Source of the DNA: a virus
Virus record (IMG/VR): IMGVR_UViG_3300022188_000006
Location: 32,001 to 96,000 of that record
Length of the DNA stretch: 64,000 nucleotides
Strand: one strand, 5' to 3'
Below are positions 26,006 through 35,725 of this stretch, piece after piece. The position numbers were made by a program, and so were the translations under genes. Below the pieces are notes generated by a model, which did not search any database, had not been told where the DNA came from, and was given only the letters and a program-made list of their open reading frames with translations. The first letter of the stretch is position 1. Each line of letters starts with the position of its first letter.

Positions 26006-27114
26006 CAGAGCAACCTCGCCATGCCTTCTTCCATCTTTTTCACCGCATCTTCGATCTTGAACCCCTCAGCCAATCGCCTAGACTCTTTCCGCATCTCTTG
26101 TCTCTTGCGCTCGTCCTTCCAGGCCGCGTAGATGTTCCTGAGGGCAGCGTCAACTTCGTATGGGTCCTCCATGCGGCAGTGAAAAAGTGCGCCGCGCGCA
26201 CCATGTCTAGCTAGAACAGGGCAACCGCAGGCAGCCGCCTCAAGCACAGTCCTGGTATCGTCGCAGGACGGCGTGATTAGTAGGTCTGCGGTGCGATGCA
26301 CAGAGGCGATATCCCCGTGTACCGTATGGAGGTCTCCAATGGTATGTCTCAGCTCGTCACTCACCCCGTGTAAAATTGAGTTCCACGGATGCCGCAAATC
26401 AGTAATTTCGTCCTTCGGAACAGCATACAGATGTATACGTGAGCCGGTCTCTCTGCAGAATTTCCGTGCGCCATGCAATATCTGGAATGGATCCTTGAAG
26501 GCCGTGTATCTCCAATGATCCGCGAAGGTGATGTTCATGCCGCCAGAATCAGCCGGTTTCAGGTACTTGGTCTTCTCGCCGTTCGGAACGAACTTTGCCA
26601 GGTCACAGAAATGGTTGGCCAGCACGACGCCATGGAAGTACGGCTCCAAAAACGGAACGTGTCTCTCCCATAACGTGATAGCTCCCTTCATCCATTTTTG
26701 TTTTCCGACAGTTGCCACCAAAGACCAAGGACCACCGAAAGGTGTTCTCTCTGCCCGCTCCTTCCTGACCGCTGGATCCGTCGAGACTTCTATCATCATC
26801 TGCGAATAGAATATGTATTCCGGAAGTCCATGCGCGAAGTAGAATGTGGGTCTTGTCCCCTCAACCTTCGTCGGGATACCAGTATGTAGAATATGTACGT
26901 CTGCCTTGCCGGCCCATTTCATGCTGTCTATGGGAACACCGCGATCCTCTGTATCCATCACTGGATTGCCGGATCCTGTCACAATCCCGGTCACGTCGAC
27001 CAACCTGGCATCCCACTTCAGGTATTTATTTTGCGCCCATGCGACCTCTCTTGTTGTCTCGTAGAGGCCGCTTCGGGATGGCGCCACTTGAACGAAGTGC
27101 GCAATTTTAAGCAT
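26005..27114 (-). CDS. GT-B fold glycosyltransferase (GT4-like)
   Basis: MLKIAHF..SGLYETTREV N-terminus; ADVHILH; ADLLITPS.DDTRTVLEAAACGCPVLA nucleotide-sugar motif; C-terminal SRRLAEGFKIE helix. Confidence 0.85.
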   Translation of the reverse strand: MLKIAHFVQVAPSRSGLYETTREVAWAQNKYLKWDARLVDVTGIVTGSGNPVMDTEDRGVPIDSMKWAGKADVHILHTGIPTKVEGTRPTFYFAHGLPEYIFYSQMMIEVSTDPAVRKERAERTPFGGPWSLVATVGKQKWMKGAITLWERHVPFLEPYFHGVVLANHFCDLAKFVPNGEKTKYLKPADSGGMNITFADHWRYTAFKDPFQILHGARKFCRETGSRIHLYAVPKDEITDLRHPWNSILHGVSDELRHTIGDLHTVHGDIASVHRTADLLITPSCDDTRTVLEAAACGCPVLARHGARGALFHCRMEDPYEVDAALRNIYAAWKDERKRQEMRKESRRLAEGFKIEDAVKKMEEGMARLL

Positions 27115-27397
27115 TAGTTTTCCTCACAGGGAATGTACCGACACGAAAATCATTTCCCTCCAGTAGCACACGGCCAACAGGCCACTCAACGGGCATCCCT
27201 TCAAGCCCCCCATCGCCTGTCAACGACGGCTTGAAAATAACCAGCTTCTCTGCACGTTCCTCCAGCTTCTTTTGCTGGGCATTGAAGGAATCCATTGCTA
27301 TTACACGGTCTTGGCTCTCGCGTATGAACCTGCACGTCATCAGCTTCTGACGCGCGCTCGTCTGTCCGACAACAGCGAAGTCAAAGGCGAAATCCAT
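27107..27397 (-). CDS. Hypothetical protein coupled to the glycosyltransferase
   Basis: 96-aa ORF overlapping the GT start by 8 nt. Confidence 0.55.
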   Translation of the reverse strand: MDFAFDFAVVGQTSARQKLMTCRFIRESQDRVIAMDSFNAQQKKLEERAEKLVIFKPSLTGDGGLEGMPVEWPVGRVLLEGNDFRVGTFPVRKTNA

Positions 27398-27413
27398 GTG
27401 TGTTCCGTCAAGT

Positions 27414-27440
27414 GTGGGGGCCGCTAAGCGCGGCCCCCAC
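27414..27440 (-). terminator. GC-rich stem-loop after the 712-aa fibre gene (no clear U-tract)
   Basis: gtgggggccgc-taagc-gcggcccccac perfect 11-bp inverted repeat. Confidence 0.55.
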
Positions 27441-27457
27441 TAACGGCCGCAATCTGC

Positions 27458-29596
27458 TCAGGACAACTTGTACGAAACGGAAATCGTGCTACCAAGCAGC
27501 CCGCGCAGGGTCAGGGTGTCAGAGGCGTTGCCGACCTGCCCGCAAAGCATGACTGTGAATGGCAGGCTCGCCATCTGCGTGCTGTCGACGTACTGACCGG
27601 AGCGCCACCTTGTCGTCTTGGTCGTCCCCTCGGAGACCGTGGTACCAGGAATGTCGGTGGCACCGGTAAGTGTAGCTGTGGAGCCAGCGATGACCGCCCA
27701 CTTGGAACTGCCGGTATTGGCGTCCATCTGGCCACTCCAACCGAGGTCGAACTCGCAGTCCTCGACGGTCTTGGTATTGCTCTCCGGAGCGTTGACAGTA
27801 ATGCTGGCGAGCACGGCCCACGAAGTGCTCTGAGTCGTGAGGGCGCTACCTTCGGTGTCATCGTTGCCACCATCGGCCAAAGCCGCGCTATTGTTCGTGA
27901 ATACGTAGGCGGTGAACTCAGCGCGCGCCACGGACAAACCGGCAGCGTTTGCCAGACTGTCGATCTTGCTATCGGTGGTGCTATGGGCAGTGGACACCTG
28001 TGTACCAACAGAATCAACGCGCGAATCGGTTGTACTGTGCGAAGTAGAAACTTCGCTGCCGACGCTATCCACCTTGGAATCCACAGTACTCACGGCCGAA
28101 CTCTGCACGACCAGACGCGAGTCGACAGTGCTGACATCGGTACCAACGCTGTCCACCTGCGTACCGACGCTGTCGGTCTTCGAGTCAACGGTGCTGACTT
28201 GCAGACCGACGCTATCAACCTTAGACTGCGTTACAGAGTCGCCGCTGGTACCACTGTTCGCCAGGCTGTCGATCTTGCTGTCAATGGTGCTATTCTGCAC
28301 ACCCAGCGAATCGGTCTTGCTGTCGACCGCGGAGACCTGCGTACCGACACTGTCCACCTTGGAATCGACCGTGCTGACCGCCGTGCTCTGCACGACCAAG
28401 CGCGAATCAACAGTGCTGACCTGGGTACCGACACTGCCAGTCTGGGTGCCAACGCTGTCGACCTTGGAGTCAACAGTGCTGACTGCGGTGCTCTGGACAA
28501 CAACCCGAGAATCGACAGTGCTGACCTGAGTGCCAACGCTGTCAACCTTGGATTCCACGGTGCTGACCTGAGTGCCAACACTGTCAATCCTGCTGCCAGT
28601 ATCAGGATCGGTGTCGACATAGGTCATGTACCGAGACTGAATAGACGCATTCGAATCCTCGGTGTAGGAACACTCGAAGAGGTACTCGCCCATCGGGTCG
28701 GTCGACGCGAAACTCACGTCGTAGTGGTATTGACCGACGCCATCACGGGTCATGGCCGCCGCATTTACTTTCTTCGTGGTAGCATCCGGCTCATAGACAT
28801 CGAGAGTCACGCTGTTCGAGTCCGGATCCTCAAGATTACCGGTGCTATCGTACAGACGGAAATGGACCCTGATAGTGTCGCTGCCACTGTCCGGAGCAAC
28901 CAACACGGACGGAATGACCACCCTTGCCGTAACGTTGTTGGCGATGGCGTCCACCGAACCCTGCAGTGTACTCATAGCCGCGCTGTGAACATCAGCCTTG
29001 CTGTCCACGGTCGACACCTGGCCACCAACACTGTCAACCTTAGAATCGACCGTGCTCACAGCCGTACTCTGCACCACAATCCTAGAATCAACGGTGCTGA
29101 CCTGGGTGCCGACACTGTCTGTCTTGGAATCGACAGTGCTGACCTGAGTACCAACGCTGCCGGTCTGCGTGCCTACGCTGTCAACCTTTGAATCAACCGT
29201 GCTGACAGCCGTACTCTGAACGTCGATCTTCGAGTCGACAGTGCTTACTTGTGTGCCAACGCTGTCAACCTTGGAGTTCGTTGTCGAGTTATTCCCGACA
29301 TCAACGGCCAAGCTGTCGATCTTGCTGTCCGTGGTACTGTGTGCAGACGAGACACCAGTGCCAACAGAATCTACCTTCGAATCAACAACCACCACACGCG
29401 AGTCAACGGTCGAAACCGCCGTGCTTTGCACGACCAACCGCGAATCCGCCTGTGAAGCGTCAACCCCTACACTATCGACTTTGGAATCAACAGATGAAAC
29501 AGCACTACTCTGTACGACAATTCGAGAATCAACAGCGCTCGTCTGAACACCGACACTGTCAATCCGCGAGCCGTTCAAGCGTTCACGAAAGCTCAT
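27458..29596 (-). CDS. Ser/Thr/Val-rich coiled-coil fibre protein with central Ig-like domain
   Basis: Two ~210-aa tracts of VDSKVDSVGTQVST repeats (Val at 4/3 spacing) flanking a beta domain (TRDGVGQYHYDV...GEYLFEC); globular C-terminal head. Confidence 0.85.
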   Translation of the reverse strand: MSFRERLNGSRIDSVGVQTSAVDSRIVVQSSAVSSVDSKVDSVGVDASQADSRLVVQSTAVSTVDSRVVVVDSKVDSVGTGVSSAHSTTDSKIDSLAVDVGNNSTTNSKVDSVGTQVSTVDSKIDVQSTAVSTVDSKVDSVGTQTGSVGTQVSTVDSKTDSVGTQVSTVDSRIVVQSTAVSTVDSKVDSVGGQVSTVDSKADVHSAAMSTLQGSVDAIANNVTARVVIPSVLVAPDSGSDTIRVHFRLYDSTGNLEDPDSNSVTLDVYEPDATTKKVNAAAMTRDGVGQYHYDVSFASTDPMGEYLFECSYTEDSNASIQSRYMTYVDTDPDTGSRIDSVGTQVSTVESKVDSVGTQVSTVDSRVVVQSTAVSTVDSKVDSVGTQTGSVGTQVSTVDSRLVVQSTAVSTVDSKVDSVGTQVSAVDSKTDSLGVQNSTIDSKIDSLANSGTSGDSVTQSKVDSVGLQVSTVDSKTDSVGTQVDSVGTDVSTVDSRLVVQSSAVSTVDSKVDSVGSEVSTSHSTTDSRVDSVGTQVSTAHSTTDSKIDSLANAAGLSVARAEFTAYVFTNNSAALADGGNDDTEGSALTTQSTSWAVLASITVNAPESNTKTVEDCEFDLGWSGQMDANTGSSKWAVIAGSTATLTGATDIPGTTVSEGTTKTTRWRSGQYVDSTQMASLPFTVMLCGQVGNASDTLTLRGLLGSTISVSYKLS

Positions 29597-29607
29597 TTAC
29601 GTTCCTC

Positions 29608-31353
29608 CTAGCTATTCACCACAACGTGTTTAAGCCCAAAATCACCTGAGTAGCTATCATTCACATCAGTGCCGAGGCGAGACAGCTTGCACTCGACTTC
29701 CACAGTGTTACTACTCACATGTCCCTCAGGGATTGTAAAAGCGGTCACTCGCGCCAGCTCATTAGCAGCCGTACTTGTTGGCAGGTCGAACGTCTGGCCG
29801 TAGGGCGTCCCGGCAGAGTACGATTCGCCATCGTTATGCACGACGTAGTCCAGCCTCAACCGGATGTTCTTGCCAGGGTCACTTGCGCTGAGCGCGTACA
29901 CAAGGTCAACAGTAACCCCTTTGGCAATCCTGAGAGCATTTGGTTGCAGCTTGAACAAGACTTCCGTGTCGGCGCCGTTCGGGAATCCAGCTCCGTCTTT
30001 GAAACCGAATACGTCAATATCGGCAATATACGGAGGATTGTCGCCTTCAAAGAAGTCTAGCTCAAGCTGGCCGATAATCGGCACGTTACCGGCAGCAATC
30101 TCGTCGATAGCCGCCTGGACGTTTGTACCGACCAACTTCGACACAACATTGTCGTAAGGGATCTCGGAAGCATCCGGAGAATAAGACACATTCTGCGGAT
30201 TGGCCCCTCCTACTAGCGAACCGGTCCCGAGATTTATCGGCAGTACTACCTTGACACTTCCGCTGCTATCCATCTTAATAGCAGCATTCGTTCCCGCATC
30301 TATCTGCTCGTGCGCCAGGAGGCCTCCGGATGTATCGGAGAACACAACCTGACCCAGCGCTCGGTGATAAAACGTTCTCAACGTCGAAGCATTGCGCACT
30401 CTTACAGCAACACCGGCAGCCGAAGCTGCCAAACTCTTCACGTTTGTGAAGTCAGCAGCACCAACGGCGATATCTACGGCCTCACCCGCACCGGCATTGG
30501 TGAACTCAACATTTGTGCCTAGCAGTACGCTACCGCCACCGAAGTTGGCGACATGGCAGCAGGCTTGCGCACTACTGTTCCTCATCGCACTTTCGGAAAT
30601 CAGCAGCCTCTGCGTATGCGGCCCTTTGAAATCCAAAGCATATCCAGCACTGCCCGCATCAACGTCGATACCACACCAGGACGCGGTGTTTTCCTCAAGC
30701 GTGCCTGCAGAAGCCGCCGAGAATTCCAGCTGGCCTTGGAGTAAGGTCATACCGCGACTGCCCTGGGCGACTGCAACGACAGCAACGCCAGGTGCTAGCG
30801 ATACATTCTCCGTATACGCTCCCGGCTTTACGAGCACCGTGGCAGGAGTCGTCATCGAGGCACCATCGGTCACAGCCTGGGTAATGGCTGCCTGAATACT
30901 CGAATATGGATCGCCCGTATCCTTTCCGACAACGTAGGCCAGTGACCCCATGCCCGAGATCATGGCCGCGATCTTCTGCGAACTCCAGAGCTTGATGGGC
31001 GACGTTGCGCTATCGTCGATTACTCTATGCTTTTCGGGCTCGTCATCACTCAGAAGCGAGTGACGGACATCGGCAAGGTCTGACAGTGAAGAACCGGTCT
31101 TTGCAACCCACGCCCAGGCAATTTGCCCCGGCCCGAGTACCAATGTACCTCCGCTCAGGTCGATGCTGCCGCCTGTTATGCTCACGTTGTCGCTGTCTTG
31201 AACAGCCAATGTTCCGAGATCGCCACGGCTGACCTTGATAACATTGCCGTCACTGTCAATGAGCCACAGGTTTTTGTCTTTGCAGAACAAAGTGGCAACA
31301 CCCGGGGCTGGCACTGCCGGAATTGGAGATTCTCTCAGTGTCAATCGCGTCAT
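29608..31353 (-). CDS. Tailspike/fibre-like protein with central beta-helix
   Basis: PYSSIQAAITQA...VLVKPGAYTENVSL (pectin-lyase-like helix cap); C-terminal domain paralogous to the end of 17579-20674. Confidence 0.7.
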   Translation of the reverse strand: MTRLTLRESPIPAVPAPGVATLFCKDKNLWLIDSDGNVIKVSRGDLGTLAVQDSDNVSITGGSIDLSGGTLVLGPGQIAWAWVAKTGSSLSDLADVRHSLLSDDEPEKHRVIDDSATSPIKLWSSQKIAAMISGMGSLAYVVGKDTGDPYSSIQAAITQAVTDGASMTTPATVLVKPGAYTENVSLAPGVAVVAVAQGSRGMTLLQGQLEFSAASAGTLEENTASWCGIDVDAGSAGYALDFKGPHTQRLLISESAMRNSSAQACCHVANFGGGSVLLGTNVEFTNAGAGEAVDIAVGAADFTNVKSLAASAAGVAVRVRNASTLRTFYHRALGQVVFSDTSGGLLAHEQIDAGTNAAIKMDSSGSVKVVLPINLGTGSLVGGANPQNVSYSPDASEIPYDNVVSKLVGTNVQAAIDEIAAGNVPIIGQLELDFFEGDNPPYIADIDVFGFKDGAGFPNGADTEVLFKLQPNALRIAKGVTVDLVYALSASDPGKNIRLRLDYVVHNDGESYSAGTPYGQTFDLPTSTAANELARVTAFTIPEGHVSSNTVEVECKLSRLGTDVNDSYSGDFGLKHVVVNS

Positions 31354-31370
31354 TTGCCTTCTTCCTTCCG

Positions 31371-33176
31371 TTACACGCAGCGCAACCGCGGGCCAACCCC
31401 ACCGACGGCAAAGATCAGATCCACGAGCCCCTTGATGAAAAACTCGCCAGCTAACAGCGAAACATTGGCCAACTTTGGACTAGTCCTAAACTTTACGAAA
31501 TCACCGGCCGCATTTGGGTTTGTCCCTGGTTTCATTAGGAATTTCAGGTTGCCATTTGTGCTAGCAAAAGCCGTCCCAACTGTACCGGTTCCCTGGAAAC
31601 CGCTTATGGAACCACTCACGCTGAATGTATTCGGTCCAGTCATAGAAACAGTCCATTCCTCGTCCACAGAATCAGGACCGATCTCCCACTCGTCCTCATC
31701 AAAGGTAGCCGAATCATCCTCCCAAACCTGAAACCTTGGCGCTGGTTGCCTCGTAAAATCCGTGAGATCGACATGGTCCACGCCATCCACGCCGTCGATT
31801 ACCGAGACGATGTCGCTGAGGTAAGCATCCTTGTCAAATCCTGTGTAGGGGCTCTCACCTTCGTCAAAGTAAGCGTCGATATGAGCCAGGACAGCATCCC
31901 GCACATCCGCCGCATTGAAGTTTGAGTAAATCGTCACGCTACCTTTGACATCAATCGGCTGATAGAGCGGATCAAAGACCTCAACACAGGTGCAAGCAGC
32001 CTTTATAGGATCGAAGTATTCGACGAGGTCATTCTTCAGAACAGCGCTCGGCCGACCTCCCCCAACAGGTACAACGTAGAGACTGACCATACAACAAGCA
32101 GTATGATTGGTCTCAGCGCGTTGTCCCACGACTGCCTTCGCCTTCGCAACCCCAGGCTGAGCTTCTGCCAAGCTCTCATAGTCCTCGGCTGTGACGGCTC
32201 GGTACAAGGCACGTAAAGACCGAGGACCTTCGAGACGGGCACTTTCGATCGACTGTTCATCTTCGCCGCCAGAAGCCGGTTCGGGATTTGTAGCCTTCAC
32301 GGTGATAGGCGCGCCAGCATAGAGGATCGGCGACTCGATGATTGTTATCGTGTCGGCACCAACGTTTCCTTCTTGACCCCCGCCAACACGGTACTCGGCA
32401 GTTATTGGCGCACCCGGATCAGGAATTTTTCCTTGGCCGTTGTCACCAAAAATGACATTGATGGTTCCGTCTGCCAGGCGCTTAGCCATACAGACCTTAT
32501 CACAGGACAAAGATTCAATAAGAGTGTCGAGAATTTCCCATTCCTCTGGTCCGGCACCCTCGTCTACGAAGATTCTCGGCGTTCCCTCGATAATAGGAAC
32601 TTCGGTGATCTTGAACTTCTGGTTCGGCAGGCCATCACTTGTACCTAAAAGCACGTTGCGTGATGTCTTGCCCTGTACGGCTCCGACTGTGCCCTCAAGT
32701 GCGCCGGCAGGAATCGTTAGGTCCTGAACCGTCTCGAAGTAGATAGCATTCGACAGCTCATCTACTTGAGAACCAGCCCTGTCGCAGAGTGTCTTCAACA
32801 GAGTGCCGCTGGGTATCACGAGATCGCCAGTCAACGGCTCAGCGAGACTGAACTTGATGTCTGCAGTAGCTGCGACTTTGCCGCGGAGCTGATAGTCAAT
32901 CAACTTGAGAAGATTGACGACTGCTTCCCGCGTCACAGCTGTCGGCAGAAAAGCCTCACCAAAGACCCTATCAACGTAGAAATGCAGGACATCACCCAGC
33001 CCAGCAAACAACTCAATCAGAACGATACCGAAGTCAGATGGGTTGTAATCTGTCCATTCCGGCGTGAAGAACGGAATGGTCCGGATCATGTCGTCCCGAA
33101 TAGACTCAAAATCCCTGGATGTGTAATCCAGCGCGGGACGCTTCCAAAGATTGGGTCTCTGAGTGGTTGTTGCCAT
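31371..33176 (-). CDS. Baseplate J/gp47-like wedge protein
   Basis: LDYTSRDFESIR...PEWTDYNPSDFGIVLIELFA; FGDNGQGKIP; YRVGGG.GNV; RAVTAEDYE. Confidence 0.93.
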   Translation of the reverse strand: MATTTQRPNLWKRPALDYTSRDFESIRDDMIRTIPFFTPEWTDYNPSDFGIVLIELFAGLGDVLHFYVDRVFGEAFLPTAVTREAVVNLLKLIDYQLRGKVAATADIKFSLAEPLTGDLVIPSGTLLKTLCDRAGSQVDELSNAIYFETVQDLTIPAGALEGTVGAVQGKTSRNVLLGTSDGLPNQKFKITEVPIIEGTPRIFVDEGAGPEEWEILDTLIESLSCDKVCMAKRLADGTINVIFGDNGQGKIPDPGAPITAEYRVGGGQEGNVGADTITIIESPILYAGAPITVKATNPEPASGGEDEQSIESARLEGPRSLRALYRAVTAEDYESLAEAQPGVAKAKAVVGQRAETNHTACCMVSLYVVPVGGGRPSAVLKNDLVEYFDPIKAACTCVEVFDPLYQPIDVKGSVTIYSNFNAADVRDAVLAHIDAYFDEGESPYTGFDKDAYLSDIVSVIDGVDGVDHVDLTDFTRQPAPRFQVWEDDSATFDEDEWEIGPDSVDEEWTVSMTGPNTFSVSGSISGFQGTGTVGTAFASTNGNLKFLMKPGTNPNAAGDFVKFRTSPKLANVSLLAGEFFIKGLVDLIFAVGGVGPRLRCV

Positions 33177-33186
33177 TCAAACCGTC

Positions 33187-33651
33187 CTAGGCAGCCGGTG
33201 TCACCCAGGCTTTTCTTTGTTCCTCGCTCAGGAAGAACGGGAACACGATTGAACCCTTCTTGTGGCTCCTGACGATCGTAAACTCCACTGTTATCTCGAT
33301 TCTCCCGCGGCCCCACTCGGCCCGATCAATCGTTATCGGGCCGACAATTACGCGGGGCTCCCAGGTCTCGATAGCTGTCCGAATCATGTAGTCTATCTGA
33401 ACATCCAGCGACGGGTCATTTGGGTCGAAGACAATGCTCTTGAGCAATGAACCGAAGTCTCGCCGCATGAACCGCGTCCCGACCATGGTCCGCAGAATCT
33501 GCATCAGACTGTGCTCGATCAGCAGAATCTCATCACTGCGCGCGACGACGGTACCTTTGAACACGCCGCCTGTGCGACGGGTGAACTTGAACGGGAAATT
33601 CCAGCCCCGACCAAGGTACTCTCGCGGATTGTACTTACGCGCCAGATCCAT
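33187..33651 (-). CDS. Baseplate gp25/GpW-like protein
   Basis: YLGRGWNFPF...ILRTMVGTRFMRRDFGS...AIETWEPRV...VFPFFL. Confidence 0.92.
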   Translation of the reverse strand: MDLARKYNPREYLGRGWNFPFKFTRRTGGVFKGTVVARSDEILLIEHSLMQILRTMVGTRFMRRDFGSLLKSIVFDPNDPSLDVQIDYMIRTAIETWEPRVIVGPITIDRAEWGRGRIEITVEFTIVRSHKKGSIVFPFFLSEEQRKAWVTPAA

Positions 33652-34096
33652 CGCTAGCTTCCTTTGGACCGTTAACCACCTCTGACAGGAGTTTGGCTGC
33701 CAACTGTTGGCGCTCCTTCAAAAGGGTAATCTTCCTCCCGACGTCATATTTCTTGGCCAGCTTCTCCTCGGGCTTCATCGCGTTTATTTCCTCCCGAATA
33801 TCCATAGCCAAGCGCTCAAGGTGATTGCGGAAGCATAGCAATTCCAGGTCATCGCCGTGTTCCGCAATAAAAGCATCGACGCGCTGCAACAGCGATGTCA
33901 CGTTGTTCAGCGCACCTCCGAGACTTTCGCGCCGCCAGTTGACGCGGTCGATCTCCTGCTTCAGCTTCTTTTGATACTCCTCTAACTTCTCTATTCTATG
34001 CGGGGACGCGCTTCCCTGCAAGTCAGAGGCGACTGCGACAAAGAGATCCCTACTTGGCTCGCTCAAGCTTTCGTACAGTTTCCGGACACCGGACAT
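33635..34096 (-). CDS. Coiled-coil hypothetical protein
   Basis: 153-aa charged helical ORF with GGAGG SD between PAAR and gp25. Confidence 0.65.
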   Translation of the reverse strand: MSGVRKLYESLSEPSRDLFVAVASDLQGSASPHRIEKLEEYQKKLKQEIDRVNWRRESLGGALNNVTSLLQRVDAFIAEHGDDLELLCFRNHLERLAMDIREEINAMKPEEKLAKKYDVGRKITLLKERQQLAAKLLSEVVNGPKEASDGSGA

Positions 34097-34108
34097 TCCA
34101 CACCTCCT

Positions 34109-34384
34109 TTATCCGTTGGCAAACGTCGTGGCACTGCACGACACGTGAGGATTCGGGGGATGCGGACACGGATCCCCCGCGTGATTATCGCCACATCTCG
34201 CCACTCCGCGTCCATTGGCAAATACAGTGGCGCTGCACTCTACCTGGACTGTTGTGCCACAGTGTGCATCTGCATCCCCACACCGATGCACACCCCGACC
34301 ATCGGCGAAAACGCTGGAACTGCAACCGACGGCCACAGCCCCGCAAGCATGCACGTCTCCACATCGCGCCCAACCAGGCATCAT
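34109..34384 (-). CDS. PAAR-repeat spike tip protein (Cys/His-rich)
   Basis: Three PAAR-like motifs WARCGD, VHRCGD, VARCGD with SVFADG/TVFANG; start set at the ATGA overlap with the upstream gene. Confidence 0.88.
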   Translation of the reverse strand: MMPGWARCGDVHACGAVAVGCSSSVFADGRGVHRCGDADAHCGTTVQVECSATVFANGRGVARCGDNHAGDPCPHPPNPHVSCSATTFANG

Positions 34385-34602
34385 TTGTCCCCCGACTTTC
34401 CACAGTTCCCGCACCACGGAAAGCTATGATACTGGTCCTTACGCTTAACAGTCCGTGCCACAATTGGCGCTGAACAATCAGGACACGGCTCCCCTAATCG
34501 GAAGCTGCCCTCATCAGTCACAACCTGGATATGGGAAAAATCCAAGACAGTCTCGCCTTCCGCGTCTCGTTCTATGTAGATAGGCTCAAGTTTCGGCAAC
34601 AT
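34381..34602 (-). CDS. Small zinc-ribbon protein
   Basis: CPDC...WCGNCG. Confidence 0.65.
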   Translation of the reverse strand: MLPKLEPIYIERDAEGETVLDFSHIQVVTDEGSFRLGEPCPDCSAPIVARTVKRKDQYHSFPWCGNCGKSGDK

Positions 34603-34610
34603 AGGAAATC

Positions 34611-35504
34611 CTAGTTATGGTCAATTCTGGGAGCGTAATCGACAATATGCGAACCCGCTGTCCTCGATATCTCGTTCCCAACCTGCTGAGTGAAACTCGC
34701 CCCTACCGTCTCTATCTTATTCTTGTCGATCATGATGATCTCGTTCCCTTCGATGTGCCGGATGTAGTCACCCTGTACGTGCAAAGTGGCATCCCCATGC
34801 ACATGCACGTTCCATTGTCCCTTGATGTGCTCGTCGCGGTCGACTTCGATGTAGAGATACCTCCGCACCTGAACGTGCTCGGTAACCGTACCGTCAGGAT
34901 GCACCTCCAGCCAGGTGCGCTTTGGGTGCCAGATATGAATGCGCTCCTTTCCGGGGGTGTCATCATACTCAATGACAATGCCACTCTTTGTCTTCAGGAC
35001 ACGGTTCCTGGGGTACGTCGGATCAAAGGAGATTGGTGGCTCATGCAGCACACGCCCATCAGCCGTAACCATTTGGTCCGTTCCCTTCGGCGGTACCTGT
35101 GACTCATCCGGAATCTCACGCGCCAGCATGGGAACCTCACTGCCGCCAGCTGGCTCAGACCACCAGCGCCCACTCCAAACCGGCCGACATGGATCCCCGG
35201 CTTCAAACTCCACCCAGACACCATCGCCAATGTCAGGAACCAAGAAATCTCCCTTGTCCCCGTTTCTCTCGGGATTCAAGACCGGCTGATCTTCCGGTCT
35301 CTCGGGCACATCCTTGCGTTTGTTGATAGCCCCCAGCCAGCCATTTTTGGGAAACGCCCAGTCACTCACAAGATCCGTTCCGAACACCTCTGGAATCTGG
35401 AGGACAAGCCTACCCAGCTTCCGCGGATCATCATTGTCCACCACAAGGGCGCGATAGATGCCGTAGTACTTCTTTTCGGAGAATAATTCACTACGCTCGG
35501 CCAT
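34611..35504 (-). CDS. Central spike (gpV / gp5 / VgrG C-terminal-like)
   Basis: YYGIYRALVVDNDDPRKLGR; VPDIGDGVWVEFEAGDPCRPVW; KTKSGIVIEYDDTPGKERIHIWH; beta-helix repeats. Confidence 0.93.
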   Translation of the reverse strand: MAERSELFSEKKYYGIYRALVVDNDDPRKLGRLVLQIPEVFGTDLVSDWAFPKNGWLGAINKRKDVPERPEDQPVLNPERNGDKGDFLVPDIGDGVWVEFEAGDPCRPVWSGRWWSEPAGGSEVPMLAREIPDESQVPPKGTDQMVTADGRVLHEPPISFDPTYPRNRVLKTKSGIVIEYDDTPGKERIHIWHPKRTWLEVHPDGTVTEHVQVRRYLYIEVDRDEHIKGQWNVHVHGDATLHVQGDYIRHIEGNEIIMIDKNKIETVGASFTQQVGNEISRTAGSHIVDYAPRIDHN

Positions 35505-35506
35505 GG

Positions 35507-35725
35507 CTACATTTCTATCTTACAAACAGGACACCACCAGGCGCGCGTCCAGCCAGACGGCGTCTTTTTGGCTTTCTCGTGCAAAACCGTATGACAACGC
35601 GGACACTCATCTCCTCTACGGTGCTGCGACAGATGCGTCTTGCGTATTTGTGGCTCACGTGGCTTAGAAAACCACGGCGGGACCTCCGAACCGCGTCTAA
35701 TCGCGCCGCTCCTGCAACAGCTCAT
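35507..35725 (-). CDS. Small zinc-ribbon protein
   Basis: CPRC...WCPVCK; overlaps the hub gene stop. Confidence 0.6.
   Translation of the reverse strand: MSCCRSGAIRRGSEVPPWFSKPREPQIRKTHLSQHRRGDECPRCHTVLHEKAKKTPSGWTRAWWCPVCKIEM

Noticed and set aside
27950-29575. CRISPR-like or non-coding tandem repeats (also 60520-62410 and 53800-54200)
   Set aside because: Repeats are in-frame, degenerate at third positions and encode protein repeats or low-complexity tracts; no repeat-spacer structure.
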